Shown here piece after piece: positions 51,056 through 63,125 of a stretch of 64,000 bases of DNA (within the stretch, counting starts at the first letter, position 1; each line of letters opens with the position of its first letter). Below the pieces are notes generated by a model. That model saw only the letters and a program-made list of their open reading frames with translations, made no database searches and was not told the DNA's origin. The DNA lies in contig NW_024704743.1 in the NCBI RefSeq assembly GCF_018977255.1, forward strand, positions 108,750,001 to 108,814,000, given 5' to 3'. A program made the translations under genes and the position numbers. This DNA is from Callorhinchus milii. Lineage: Eukaryota.

Positions 51056-51695
51056 TGATGGATAAAAAGGCACAAATTATAACCTTTAGTAAACCCTGCA
51101 ATGAGAAGCTTGGCAGACTGTGTTATCTGATCTTAGAAACGTGCAGCTCAACTGCATGGAACCAGTTACGACTGATTCCATGAAGGAAGTAAGCCCGAAT
51201 CAACAGATGTATGCGCAGACTGGTTCCATGAAGGAAATAAGCCCGAATCAACAGATCTATGCGCAGACTGGTTCCATTAAGGAAATAAGCCCGAATCAAC
51301 AGATCTATGCGCAGACTGGTTCCATGAAGGAAATAAGCCCGAATCAACAGATCTATGCGCAGACTAACTGCAGCCTTGGAGTATGAGACAATGGATAGTG
51401 CCCAATATACATCCTATGTCTCGACCACATTGTCACCTATGACCAAATCTAACGATTGGAGGAGAAGGATCCTCCCCATACTTGTATAAATGCCATTGTT
51501 GAATCCCACAACGGGGTCGTCAGCTTGGTGAAGCTACGACCCTAACTCTGTACCAGACTGAACTGACTGGTCCTGAGTTAGTTGAATAAATGTACTCTTA
51601 GTGATTGAACTGTGTGACTGTGTTTATTGCTTGAATGAACTAACATCCAATTGCAGAAGTATACAAAGAAGGTAGAAACGGAAAATTATCCAACA
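51056..51695 (+). repeat. 3' LTR (640 bp)
   Basis: Direct repeat of the 5' LTR, preceded by the polypurine tract and followed by the ATTTT duplication. Confidence 0.97.
51585..51590 (+). terminator. Retroviral polyadenylation signal in the 3' LTR
   Basis: AATAAA followed by GT-rich sequence (TGTGTGACTGTGTTT). Same motif at 46208-46213 in the 5' LTR. Confidence 0.75.
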
Positions 51696-52117
51696 ATTTT
51701 CACCTCTGAGACAAAATGTTGTGGGTTCAAGCTCCACTTTGGGATTTGGATTCACACAGTCTATGCTGACACTTCAATGCAGTGCTGGTGGGGGGCCGGG
51801 GGGTTGCATTTTCAGATGTGCTCTCCTTCAGATGAGACATTAAACCGAGGTCCTATCTGACTGTTCAGGTGGATGTTAAAGATCTCATGGCCCTATTCGA
51901 CAAGTGAAGGAAGTTTCCCCTGATGTTCTGGCCAACAATCCCCCAAATAAAATTGGTCACTCCCTCTATGGTTGTTTGTAGGGAATTTCTGTGTGCAACC
52001 TGACCGCCGCATTTTGCCCACAAATACACAGTCAATACAATATATCACGTGAAGCACTTTGAGATATCTCCATGACTTGACAAGGTACTATATCAAACGC
52101 AAGGATTGTTATTGTTA
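51696..52117 (+). mobile_element. Older Deu SINE split by the ERV (5' piece at 45653-45678)
   Basis: CAGCCTGGCTGAGTTGATAGCATTTT | ERV | CACCTCTGAGACAAAATGTTGTGGGTTCAAG rejoins into the head seen at 1001 and 18606. Confidence 0.88.
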
Positions 52118-52221
52118 TAATTTTGTTAAAACACAAAATTGAAAAGATGTGAAACTTGCACAAAACTTGCAATAAGATATCTAGTTCAGTTAGATTAGAA
52201 TGCAAGTGTCTATAAGGAGTC

Positions 52222-53031
52222 AGGAGCTCTGTAGCTCTGTGGTTAGAGCACTCGCCTCGCAAGCGAGAGACTGGGTTTGACTCCCAGCAGCGTGAAACCT
52301 TGGGCAAGTTTTCCTATTCCACACGCCTGATAATAAACCCTCAAGAAAAAAAATATAATAACAATCATTTTGACACTCAGTCCACGGCTGTTTGTGGGAC
52401 TCTGCTGTGTGCAATTGGCTGCCGCGTTTCGCCCACAAAAACGCACAGCCAATTCACTATGCAGTATGTTCTGCCGAGCGCTTTGAGACGTCTCGAAGGC
52501 GTGAAAAGCGGCGCATCGAACGCGAGGAATATTATTTCGCTCTTGCAAGCTGGAACTGCTGAGGGCTCGACCGGTAGGTAAAGCGACAGTTGGCATATGG
52601 GTTAAGGTCAGTCAGTGTGTGGGAACAGCCTGTGATGTGTTAGATTCCTGGTGGGGGCAGATGCAGCTTCAATCTCCGCCCTTCAAAGTAGTTTTGCTTT
52701 TACTTTAACTTAATAATAATAATCCTTGCATTTGATATAGCGCTTTTCACGTCGGGAGGACGTCCCAAAGCGCTTCACAGAATAGACTGTAAAGTGAATT
52801 GACTGTATATTTGTGGGCGAACGCGGCAGCCAATTGCGCACAGCAATGTCCCACAAACAGTCGTAGATTGAAAATGACCAATTTATTATTGTTTTGGTTT
52901 TGGAGGGATTATTATTAGGCTTTGTGTGGAGTAAGGAAACTTGCCCAAGGTTTCGCCCTCTGCCTGGAATTGAACTCAGGTCTCTCACTTGCAAAGCGAG
53001 TGCTCTAACCACTGAGCTACAGGACTCCACA
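52222..53031. mobile_element. Two tail-to-tail SINE copies (52222-52535 +, 52711-53031 -); more at 55457-55775 + and 57126-57437 -
   Basis: Same tRNA head, Deu-like body and (TTA)n tail. Confidence 0.88.
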
Positions 53032-53167
53032 ACTTGCAAAGAAAGTCGTCCATCTCTTCCCACCCCACACTTCTACACCCCACCCCCCCCCCCCCCCCCA
53101 ACTCCCCTCCCCTCCCCCCAACCCCGGAAAAGCTGCCCCACAGGAGGAGCGCCTTCCAGCGCCTTAC

Positions 53168-53250
53168 CTCCTGCGCCTCCTTCCCAGCACAACGCAGACC
53201 AGCAGAGCAACAGCCCCGAGCAGCAGAGAGACGGTCAGGGTCAGGGCCAT
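53168..53250 (-). CDS. First coding exon of a CYP7/CYP8-clan cytochrome P450, most likely CYP7B1-like
   Basis: ATG in good Kozak context (gacATGG) encoding MALTLTVSLLLGAVALLVCVVLGRRRR plus AG, then a GTAAG donor (phase 2). A signal anchor plus poly-Arg ending in a phase-2 intron matches exon 1 of CYP7A1/CYP7B1/PTGIS. No exon 2 (xPGEPPL) was found in the 53 kb downstream, consistent with the very large CYP7B1 intron 1. Confidence 0.6.
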
Positions 53251-53589
53251 GTCTATCAGCTGCTGAGGGGTTGTGCAACTCTCCTCTCCTCCTTCCTCTT
53301 CTTCTTTTCCTCCTTCTCTTTCTTTCTCTCTCTCTCTCTCTCTCACACACACTGTCACTCCCTTCCACCAACCTCACCCCCAGCAGCGCACCGCGCATGC
53401 TCCCGGTCACATCCTCCCCTCCCGGTCCACCCACAGGCAATGGGAGATTTTGGCAGAAAGTTGTTATTTGGGAGTTTTCTCTTCCCCTCCACACACCCAC
53501 ACACACACACACACACACACACAAAAAAAACACTGAACTGCCTTAGTTTAAGGAGCTTGAAGCACCGACCTGCAGCTTGAACCCCCCCC

Positions 53590-54089
53590 ACCACCTCACT
53601 CACTCTCTCTCTCACACACTCCCCTCTTTCTCTCACTCTCTCTCACACACTCCCCCTCTTTCTCTCACTCTCTCTCTCACTCGCTCTCTCACTCTCTCTC
53701 TCTTTCTTTCTCACTCCCTCTCTCTCACTCTCTCTCTCTCTCACATACACTCCTCTTTCTCTCACTCTCTCTCACTCTCTCTCTCACTCACTCCCTCTCT
53801 CTCACTCACTCACACTCCCCCTCACTCTCTCTCACTCCCTCACTCTCTCTCACTCTCTAAATCACTCCCTCACTCTCTCACTCACTCACTCACTCACTCA
53901 CTCCCTCTCTCACACTCCCCCTCTCTCTCACTCACTCCCTCTCTCTCACACTCTCTCTCTCTCTCACTCACTCCCTCTATCACACTCCCCCTCTCTCTCT
54001 CACTCTCTCACTCACTCCCTCTCTCACACTCCCCCTCTCTCTCTCACTCACTCCCTCTCTCTCACACTCACTCCCTCTCTCTCTCACAC
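53590..54089. repeat. CT/CA-rich microsatellite (continues at 54985-55268)
   Basis: Low-complexity CTCTCA/CACT repeats on both sides of the L2 insert. Confidence 0.95.
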
Positions 54090-54984
54090 ACAACAACAAC
54101 AACAACAAGATTCCATTTATTGAGCGCCATTCACGTCGGGAGGACGTCCCAAGGCGCTGTACAGTTGGGTCAGGACCCAAGCAGGGGGGAAATGGTCAGG
54201 GTGAGGGGAGGGAGGGAGCGAGGAGAGGGTAGAGTCGAGAGGGGAGCTGAAGGCTCGGTCAACGAGAAAGGTCTTGAGACCGGCCTTGAAGGAGGAAAGG
54301 GAGGAGGCGGCGAAGGCACTGGGGGATGGAGTTCCAGAGCCTCGGGGCTGAGAGGCTGAAGGCCCGACCACCGATGGTAGGGCGGTTGGGGCGGGGGATG
54401 TGGAGCAGACCGGAGCCAGAGTAACGGAGGGTACGGGCAGGTAGGTAGGGGGATAGTAGGTCAGAGAGGTAGGAGGGTGCAAGGCCATGAATGGCCTTGT
54501 AGGTGAGGATGAGGATCTTGAATTCGATCCTCTGGGGATGGGGAGCCAGTGGAGGCGAGCGAGGGTGGGAGTGATGTGGTCCCGAAGCCTGGTGCGGGAC
54601 AGTACACGAGCTGCAGAGTTCTGAATGACCTGCAGCTTGTGGAGGGAGGTGGCGGGAAGGCCGGCGAGGAGAGAAGTCCCATAGTCCAGCCTTGAGGTGA
54701 TAAAGGCGTGGACCAGAGTTTCAGCAGCGTGAGGGGTGAGGTAGTGCCATAGTCTGGCGATGTTCCGGAGGTGATGGAAGGCGGTGCCAGTTGTGGTGCG
54801 GATATGAGGAAAAAAGGACAGCTCAGGGTCGAACAGAACCCCGAGGTTCCTGACTGACTTTGAGAGGTGGAGAGTGCAGCCTTGGATGCTGCTGCTGTCA
54901 GCGCCTGAGGTGCGGAGGCGCGGACGCGAGCCAATCAGGAGGGCCTCAGTTTTGCGCACGTTCAGCTGAAGAAAGTTGTCTCTC
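54090..54984 (-). mobile_element. Young L2 3' fragment inserted within a CT-rich microsatellite
   Basis: Near-identical to 34775-35672 ([11 protein letters not shown]...SRLDY...LHWLP), with a (TTG)n tail. Confidence 0.93.
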
Positions 54985-55269
54985 ACCCTCTCTCTCTCTC
55001 TCACTCCCTCACTCTCTCTCACTCACTCTCTCTCACTCACTCCCTCTCTCACACTCCCCCCCTCTCTCTCACTCTCTCTTTCACTCACTCCCTCTCTCAC
55101 ACTCCCCTCTCTCTCTCTCTCTCTCACACTCTCTCTCACTCCCTCCCTCTCTCACACTCCCCCTGTCTCACTCTCTCCCTCTCTCTCTCTCTCCCTCCCT
55201 CTCTCTCTCACTCACTCTCTCACACTCCCCTCTCTCACTCTCACACTCCCCCCCCCCCCCCCCCCCTCA

Positions 55270-55460
55270 CTCTTTTGTCATCTCAGTCAGCAATTGGTGA
55301 GGCTCAGAGATCACCCACCAGACCAAAAGACTTAAAAAGAGTCCGTTTCAGGCTCGCGGAAAATACAGCCGGGATGAACTTTTCTCAAATAAAACTGATT
55401 TGCCGCGAATCGTATCGTGTGCGATGCTCGTTACATCGTACACCAGAATCAATTCATGGC
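55270..55460. promoter_or_regulatory. CpG-containing unique segment upstream of the P450 exon, possible promoter or regulatory element
   Basis: Locally CpG-rich non-repeat sequence with E2F-like CTCGCGGAAA and TTTGCCGCGAA, and CAATTGG. Confidence 0.3.
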
Positions 55461-58400
55461 GCAGTCCTATAGCTCAGTGGTTAGAACGCTCGCCTCGCAA
55501 GCGAGAAACCTGGGTTTGGTTCCCGGTAGGGTGAAACCTTGGGCAAGTTTCCTTACTCCACACGCCTGATAATAATCCTTCAAGAGTGAAAAAAACAATA
55601 GAATTGGTCACTTCAATCCACGACTGTTTGTGGGACGCCGCTGTGTGCAATTGGCTGCCGCGTTTCGCCCACAAATATACAGTCAATTCACTTTACAGTC
55701 TATTCTGTGAAGCGCTTTGAGATGTTTAGAAGTTGTGAAAAGTGCTATATCAAATGCAAAGATAATTATATATTATGTTGATTTGAAAGAACACGCCACC
55801 AGTTGCATTTCCAGCTTTGCTTGTAGTTAGACAAACAGTGACATTTAAAGTTGTTTTTTTCTACCTCAAAGTCTTGATGGATGGATGTCACCCCTGAATT
55901 TAATTTAACCACTTTGAGACATTGTCCCAACATGGAAGGTGCTATATAAATCTAGAGCTATTGAGCTTGGAAATAAAATAATAATATAATAATCCTTACA
56001 CCTATACTGTGGCATTGGTTGCCTGCTGGAAAAAAAGCCCTGGCGCATGAAATACACTCAAAAGATAAGATTTCTCTAATGACAGCGATGTACTTACTTT
56101 TGTTACAAAACAAAGTTACAAAAATGTAATGAGGAAGTAATGTGCTTATTTACATCGCAGGCCGCTGAGACCCTCATACATGCATTCATAACATCCAGGC
56201 TCGACTACACATACTCCCTGCTTATCCGCCTCTCAACTACTCCCTCCATAGACTGAGGATCGTCCAGAACTCTGTAGCCTGTGTCCTCTCCTGCACCAAG
56301 CTACCGACCCCCAGCTCAGCGCCTTGGGACGTCCTCCCGACTTGAAAGGCGCGATACAAATGTAATTTTGTTGTTGTTACATCAAGTTGACTTCTAAATG
56401 GTTCAGTTAGTGCTTCAGCCAATGTAAATTCATGAACAGAAAATGTGAACAATGGAAATCTTTGAAAACCATAGGATGTGGTAATTACCATAAACCACCA
56501 CACTGGGTGTTACATGGGCTTTGACCTTAACTCAAAAAGGAAAAAAACAGTACGTTTGCTCTCCAAGCAGTAAAATAATAAATATTCTACAAAAACAAGA
56601 AATTCAAATGTCATGTAAATTAGGTACTGCTGAGTGGTTTGGCTTGGCCCTGTGGAGGCTTGTCACAAGACAAGCATGATACGATTATGAGAGCTAATGA
56701 ATTAAATGTTTTGATCAATACTTTCATTTTTTGGTGTCCTCCCAAGTTGGGAAAGATAAATGCATTCTTACTAGATTCTAAGAAAAGAAAAATAATCTTT
56801 GATATTGTAATAAAAATAATATAGGAGAACTCCCTCTATACAAAGTACCCTCGATCTTTTTAAAAGAACTTTCAAGATGCTATGAAACTGCATACCATTT
56901 CTTCAACAGCAACAATTCTGTCATGGTGCCAGGGCATAAGTACAGTGATCACTTTCACCTGGAAGTGGGTTCCACTACTTAAGTCGCTTAACTTAAATCG
57001 TCAAGGTCTGCCACTGTCAAGTGCTCTGAGATGCTACCTGTGTGAAAGGCACCATATAAATACAAGTTATTTTATTAAATTCTAGCGATATTGTAAATCT
57101 CTCACACTTTTCAACGTCAGTGAGAATATAATCCTTGCATTTGAAATAGCGCTTTTCACGTCTTCTCGACATCTCAAAGCACTTCACAGAATAGACTGTA
57201 AAGTGAATTGACTGTATATTTGTGGGCGAAACGTGGCAGCCAATTGCGTACAGCAGTGTCCCACAAATAGTGTGGATTGAAAATAACCAACTTATTATTG
57301 CTTTGTTTTGGAACGATTATTATTATTAGGCGTGTGGAGTTAGGAAACTTGCCCAAGGTTTCGCCCTGCCTGGAATTGAACCCAGGTGTCTCGCTTGCAA
57401 GGTGAGTACGCTAACCATTGAGCTACAGGACTCCACAAGTCTGGAACTTGCTTATAACTCTGCTGGTTATTTTCTTTCCTCCTGAACAGGAAGTGTTTGT
57501 CTGCATAGCATTACTGTTAAGGCTGATAAAGTTAGTTTTTGCTGATAGTTCTTCAGCCAATAACTGACATAGATAAGTGAGAAAGTTCGGATGTGATGTT
57601 ACACAGCATTGTATTACTGGAACAGTACTCACACCTGCTTGTGGTTTTACAGATATGAAGGCTGTAGATTTATATTGATTTCCCCAAGTCAGTGTCAGCG
57701 CAGTGTCATTGCTATGTAAACTCTGTATTAGCTGCATGTGTGTTAAACATAGGCCTATCATTTACTACCTCTTATTTTGAACTTATTTTGAACCGCCACC
57801 TGAGAGATCAAGGAACTGACACCTCATCCAATGGCCTTCTTGGGCAATGTGGAAGTATGGCAGTTCTCAATGTAAATATAATTTACTTTAGATAGTTATT
57901 TACTCCCATCATCACCACCCACAAAATGTTCTCCCCTATTTGTTCCTCTACTCCTGAAGAACATGATTGATGGAGGGTTGCAGCTCAGCACGTGTCAGTG
58001 GTTCCCTTATTAAATTACGAATCAGTCAAGAAGTATCCTCAGGCTCCTAATTCAGGGGAGGCTTCATAGATGAGCCTTCAGTGTCCATGTCCATACATAC
58101 ATGTACACACACATATATGGGATGATATGTCAATGCAGTGTTGGGGAAGCACAGTCCTTTGAATGAGATGGTAAATCGAGGTCCCATCACTCTGTTTGGA
58201 CATTTAACATCTCCGGCACTACTACTAATAATAATAATCCTTGCATTTGATATAGCGCCTTATCATGTCTTCTAAGCATCTCAAAGCGCTTCACAGAATA
58301 TACTGTAAAGTGAATTGACTATAGGTTTTGTGGGCAAAACACGGCAGCCAATTGTGCACAGCAGTGTCCCACAAACAGTCGTGGATTTAAGAGACAAAAT

Positions 58401-61306
58401 TTTTTTTTAAGGGATTATTATCCCCGGAAAAACAATCCACCAATTGACTTACAACCAGGTTCCTATTTACTGCAAGGTAAACAGAGGCGTGTGGAGTAAG
58501 GAAACATGCCCAGTGTTGACTGTTTGCAGGTGAACACAGTAGCCAATTTGTGAATAGCAATGGCTAACAACCAACCAGGAGATGAATGGCCAATTCAGTT
58601 GGAGGATAGTTGGCCAGGAAGAAGAGAATATGAGTACTTGAATTTTTAATGAGCTTGGATCAATTTCAATCACTCCGGCCTTTGGATAATAAGGTTGTAT
58701 CCTCAGCTTTCATATTTTATAATACATTCTCCACCATTTAAAGATAAAATATTAAAATGCAAATGCAAGGATTAAAAATATTGAACAGTGCTGATCTCCA
58801 ATCATTTGAAAAAGCAATGACACTTTGTTATATTCAATTCACATTTCTTTGTATTTGAACTTGGAGTTGTTCTAATGCATTTGTAGAGAAACAATGGGCT
58901 CCCTTGTCCTGCTTGAAACCAGAATGCTGTTACTATGGCAAAAGTTAAGACTCATTTCAGATTTTTTAATTTGTTAACTTCGTGCAGCTACTTCACTTCC
59001 CTTGTGACAACTTGCTCCTTACAAGCTACAGGATATCCAGAAATGTAAACACTGTCTGTAATTCACTTATCTCCTTTGACAAGCTTCATTATCTTTTACT
59101 ATATTTTGTGGGTGAAACACAGCAGCCAATTGCAAATAACAGTGTCCCACAAACAGTCATGGATTGAGTGACCAAATTATCATTTTTTTAAGGGATTATT
59201 ACTCTTTGAAAATGAAACACTTATTATTATCAACAAGAAAACATTGTAAATTTTGTGGGCAAAACGCGGCAGCCAATTGCACACAGCACTTTTGATCCTA
59301 TCTTTATCTTACATCGACACCCATGAATTTTACAGCAAAGGTCACTGAGTAGCAATATGGTACAGGAACTCCAGCTGATTTTTGCCAATCAGCTAATGTG
59401 AATAGTGGCGCCCTTATCACTGCTCTGGCAGAGATTTAGTCCCTGGACCAAATCTGGAAAGTTACAAGCCTGAATAGCCCAGTTACACAACGGACAATAA
59501 TTACCAATTGATCCATCATTGTCCCCACTTCAGTTCATACATTTAACAGTAGCTCAAGCCGGTCCTTCTAGATATTTTTAATGACTTTGAAATAAAAGAA
59601 ATGTACAGACTGACATAATGTCACTGCACACTGCTGCACTTATCTAATATGTTGTTAAGTGACCGTTCATTTTGTATGAGCTTCAGTCAAGTAGAAATCT
59701 TAACAGCTGTGTGGAGCAGGTTTATTCTGCAGCAGGAAAGAAGTACTGTATAGTTCAACTTTCTCATAAATGCAGTGCCCTGGTAGTGGACTGAAACAGT
59801 AAAGATGTGGTTGCTTTCAAATGCAGAAGTTGGAAAGTGCAATTTATCCTAACATGTTCATAACAAGTTACTAAGTGCCTAAAAAGAGCCAATAATTCAA
59901 TTACTTTCCTGGTGATGAGAATCAACTTTAAGGAGTGTCTATGCAAAAGCTATTTAATCTAATCTAATCTATCTGCTCATTCTACATAACCTTAAATAAC
60001 TTTATTCTTGTACACGTTATATTCAACACAAAACATGGAAACAAAGTGATCTTTGCTACAATAATTCCCTTGAATGTCAAGTTCCAAATTAGCAATGGCA
60101 CTTAATGAAATCCATGGCCAGGAGTTGCCAGTCATGATTTGGATATCTGCAGGTTCCTGTCAGTAAACTAGGAACACGATTCATGACTGGATTCTTTTAT
60201 GGTACTTACAATCCACGATTCATCCTATTTGCCACTTCACTCACTTAGAATACTATTGTCTAATTTCCATTATTTCTTTTAGATTACTTTAAGAATGTGT
60301 AATTTGGCAAAACGTGTTGCAAAATACATGGTCTAGCAATTCAAGAATACATTTTTTTATATTTTAGAAAATCAATATTTACATATTTCTTTAAAGAAAA
60401 ATTAAGAATTGTAGAATAGGCCCTGTCGTGTGCAGCTAACCAAATACACATGTGCATAATACATTAGAATGTACAGCACAGAAACAGGCCGTTCAGCCCA
60501 ACTGGTCTATGCCGGTGTTTATGCTCCACATGCGCCTCCTCCTTAGAATAATGTTTAATTCTAAGCACAAATACTATTCAAAGTCATTGAACTGAACATT
60601 GATGTAAATGGGGCCACCTCTCTTGTGTCGGCATTGCAAACATTGGGATGTGTTGGATTTGGCTCTCTGTGTAAGTGTGCTATTAAAGGCCTGTGCCTTT
60701 TCCAAAAAAGTGTTTGCCAAATTGTAGGTTTGAACATATGATCCTATGATGGAAAATGCATTCAAAATGTCTTACTGTATCACTTGAGCATGATGCCATT
60801 GTTACAAATATGATCCATAGTTTCTTTGTTTTATTCCCGGCTGCTCCCTTCGCTCAGGAGGCACCTTCCCGCTTCATGTCCATCTGCGGGCGGGCCTTCA
60901 ACCTTTCTGGCCCCATTTTCTGGACCTCCATCCTTGAGCCCATCCGATTCACTCCCTCCCTTACCTCGTTCAAGGACCATCAAAAGATCGATCTTTTCAA
61001 CCGTGATTTTGGTTATCTTTCTCCTCCCCACACTCACATGAAGTGAATTGTGCTATTTAAATTTGTACTGTACTGTATACAAGAGAAGAGTTGCAAAAGA
61101 CATTTCCATTAAGCAACTTCTCCTTTTAAGCACTAATCAACATTTGTTCATCATCAGTTTTTTTCTGAATTGGTGTGATAGAGGAAGTGGAACATTTCAG
61201 ACAATTACAAATCTCTGTCTGCAGCCTGATTCAATTCGCAGACTTGTGATATGTAATATTCTGGACTTTGAACTCACATTGTGTAGGTTGACATTTGTTG
61301 GAGATG

Positions 61307-63125
61307 ACAACAACAACAACAAAATTACATTTACAGAGCGTCCTACACATCGGGAGGACGTCCCAAGGCGCTGGACAGTCAGGGGACAGGACCTGAGCAT
61401 GGGGGAGGGGTGGGGAAAGGGTGAGGGAATGCAGAAAGGTGGGAGGGCGGGAAGGCACGATCGAAGAGGAGGGTCTTGAAACTGGTCTGGAAGGAGGCAA
61501 GGGAGGCGAAGGGAATGTGGGATGGAATTCCAGAGTATGGGGGCAGAGAGGCTGAAGACTCTCCCGCCAATGGTGGGGCGGGTAGGTCGGGGAATATGGA
61601 GCAGGCTGGAGCCGGCTGAGCGGAGGGAGCGGGCGGGTTGGTAGGGGGTTAGGAGGTCGCAGAGGTAGGGTGGGGCGAGGCCATGGAGAGCTTTGTAGGT
61701 GAGGACCAGGATCTTGAACTGGATTCTCTGAAGGATAGGGAGCCAATGAAGTCGAGCAAGAATGGGGGAGATGGGGTCACTGAGTTTGGTGTGGGAGAGG
61801 ACATGGGTGGAGAGTTCTGGATTATCTGCAGTCTGTGGAGGGAGGAGCTGGGAAGGCCGACAAGCAGGGCGTTTGCATAGTCGAGCATGGAGGTGATGAA
61901 AGCATGAACAAGAGTTTCAGCTGCGTGAGGAAGTGGCGGAGTCGGGCGATGTTACGGAGGTGAGGGAAGGCAGAGCGGATCATGGCTTGGATGTGGGGAA
62001 GAAAAGACAGAGGAGACAGAGGGAACCCTGGTTACAGATGGACAGAATGTCATTTGTCATCTTGACCAGGGCTGTTTCTGTGCTGTGGGCAGCAAGGAAA
62101 CCCAAATGGAGGGATTTGTAAAGGGAGTGCCATGAGAGTGAAGCTAGGAAGCAACAACTCTTTCAAGGACCTGGGAAAGGAAAGGGAGGTTGGAGATGGG
62201 ATGGCCTACAAGGCCATTCACGGCCTTGCTCCCTCCTACCTCTCCGACCTACTATCCCCCTACCTCCCTGCCCGTACCCTCCGTTCCTCTGGCTCCGGTC
62301 TGCTCTACATCCCCCGCCCCAACCGCCCTACCATCGGTGGCCAGGCCTTCAGCTTCTCAACCCCTAGGCTCTGGAACTCTATCCCCCAGTGCCTTCACCT
62401 TGCTCCTCCCTTTCTTCCTTCAAGGCCGGTCTCAAGACCTTTCTCTTTGACCGTGCCTTCAGCTCCCCTTTCGACTCTCTACCCCCTCCTCACTCCCTCC
62501 CTTCCCTCCCCATTTCCCCCTTGCTCGGGTCCTGACCCAACTGTACAGCGCCTTGGGACGTCCTCCCGACGTGAAAGGCGCTCTATAAATGGAATCTTGT
62601 TGTTGTTGTAGTTAGTAAACAGGGGTGAGTCCATGGAAGGTTTTTTTAGGATAGGGGTGATGACGGCTGTTTTTAGTGTGGTGGGAAGGTGCCAGTTAAC
62701 AGAGAGAGGTTGACGAGGTATGAAAGTAAATGGGTGAGGAGGTGGAGCTGGGAGGTAAGGAGAGGTTAGGGATGGAGTCGAGGGAGGTAGGTGGTGGGCT
62801 TCATGCCGATTATAGTGTTGGTGAGAGAGGAGGGGAAGACAGGTTCAAAGGTGTGGAGGGAGGGATGGGTATGGGCCGGAGTATGAGAAAGAGATGGGGA
62901 GGCGGTTGGGAGGGAGGAGGTGGCTGAAAGGATCCCCTCGATTCTGGTCTCGAGGAAATCCAACATCTCCTCACAGTTGTAGTTGGAAGAGAAGATGAGC
63001 GAGGCGTGAGAAGGTGGATGGCAGAGCCAGTTGGTAGTAGAGAAGGGGTTGTCCTTGGCCTCCAAGATTAGCTTCGAATAGAAAGACGATTTAACTGAGG
63101 CGAGGGTGGCCCAGTAAGTTTTTAA
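61307..63125 (-). mobile_element. Degraded L2 with internal deletions and a nested younger L2 3' fragment (62203-62610, +)
   Basis: LDYANA and SSFYSKLILEAKDN motifs on the minus strand. The plus-strand YKAIHGLAPSYL...(TTG)n piece is inserted inside. Confidence 0.85.

Larger units (their letters stand above)
45679..51695 (+). mobile_element. Endogenous retrovirus (gamma/epsilon-like, class I), internally deleted provirus, 6017 bp
   Basis: Paired LTRs with TG...CA ends. ATTTT target-site duplication at 45674-45678 and 51696-51700. tRNA-Pro PBS and polypurine tract present. gag, pro, pol and env-derived ORFs in retroviral order. Confidence 0.97.

Noticed and set aside
52894..55335. Long ORFs of 146-301 aa rich in S/L/H/T or R/E
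   Set aside because: Translations of CT/CA microsatellite and L2 sequence. Only 53168-53250 (-) has exon features.
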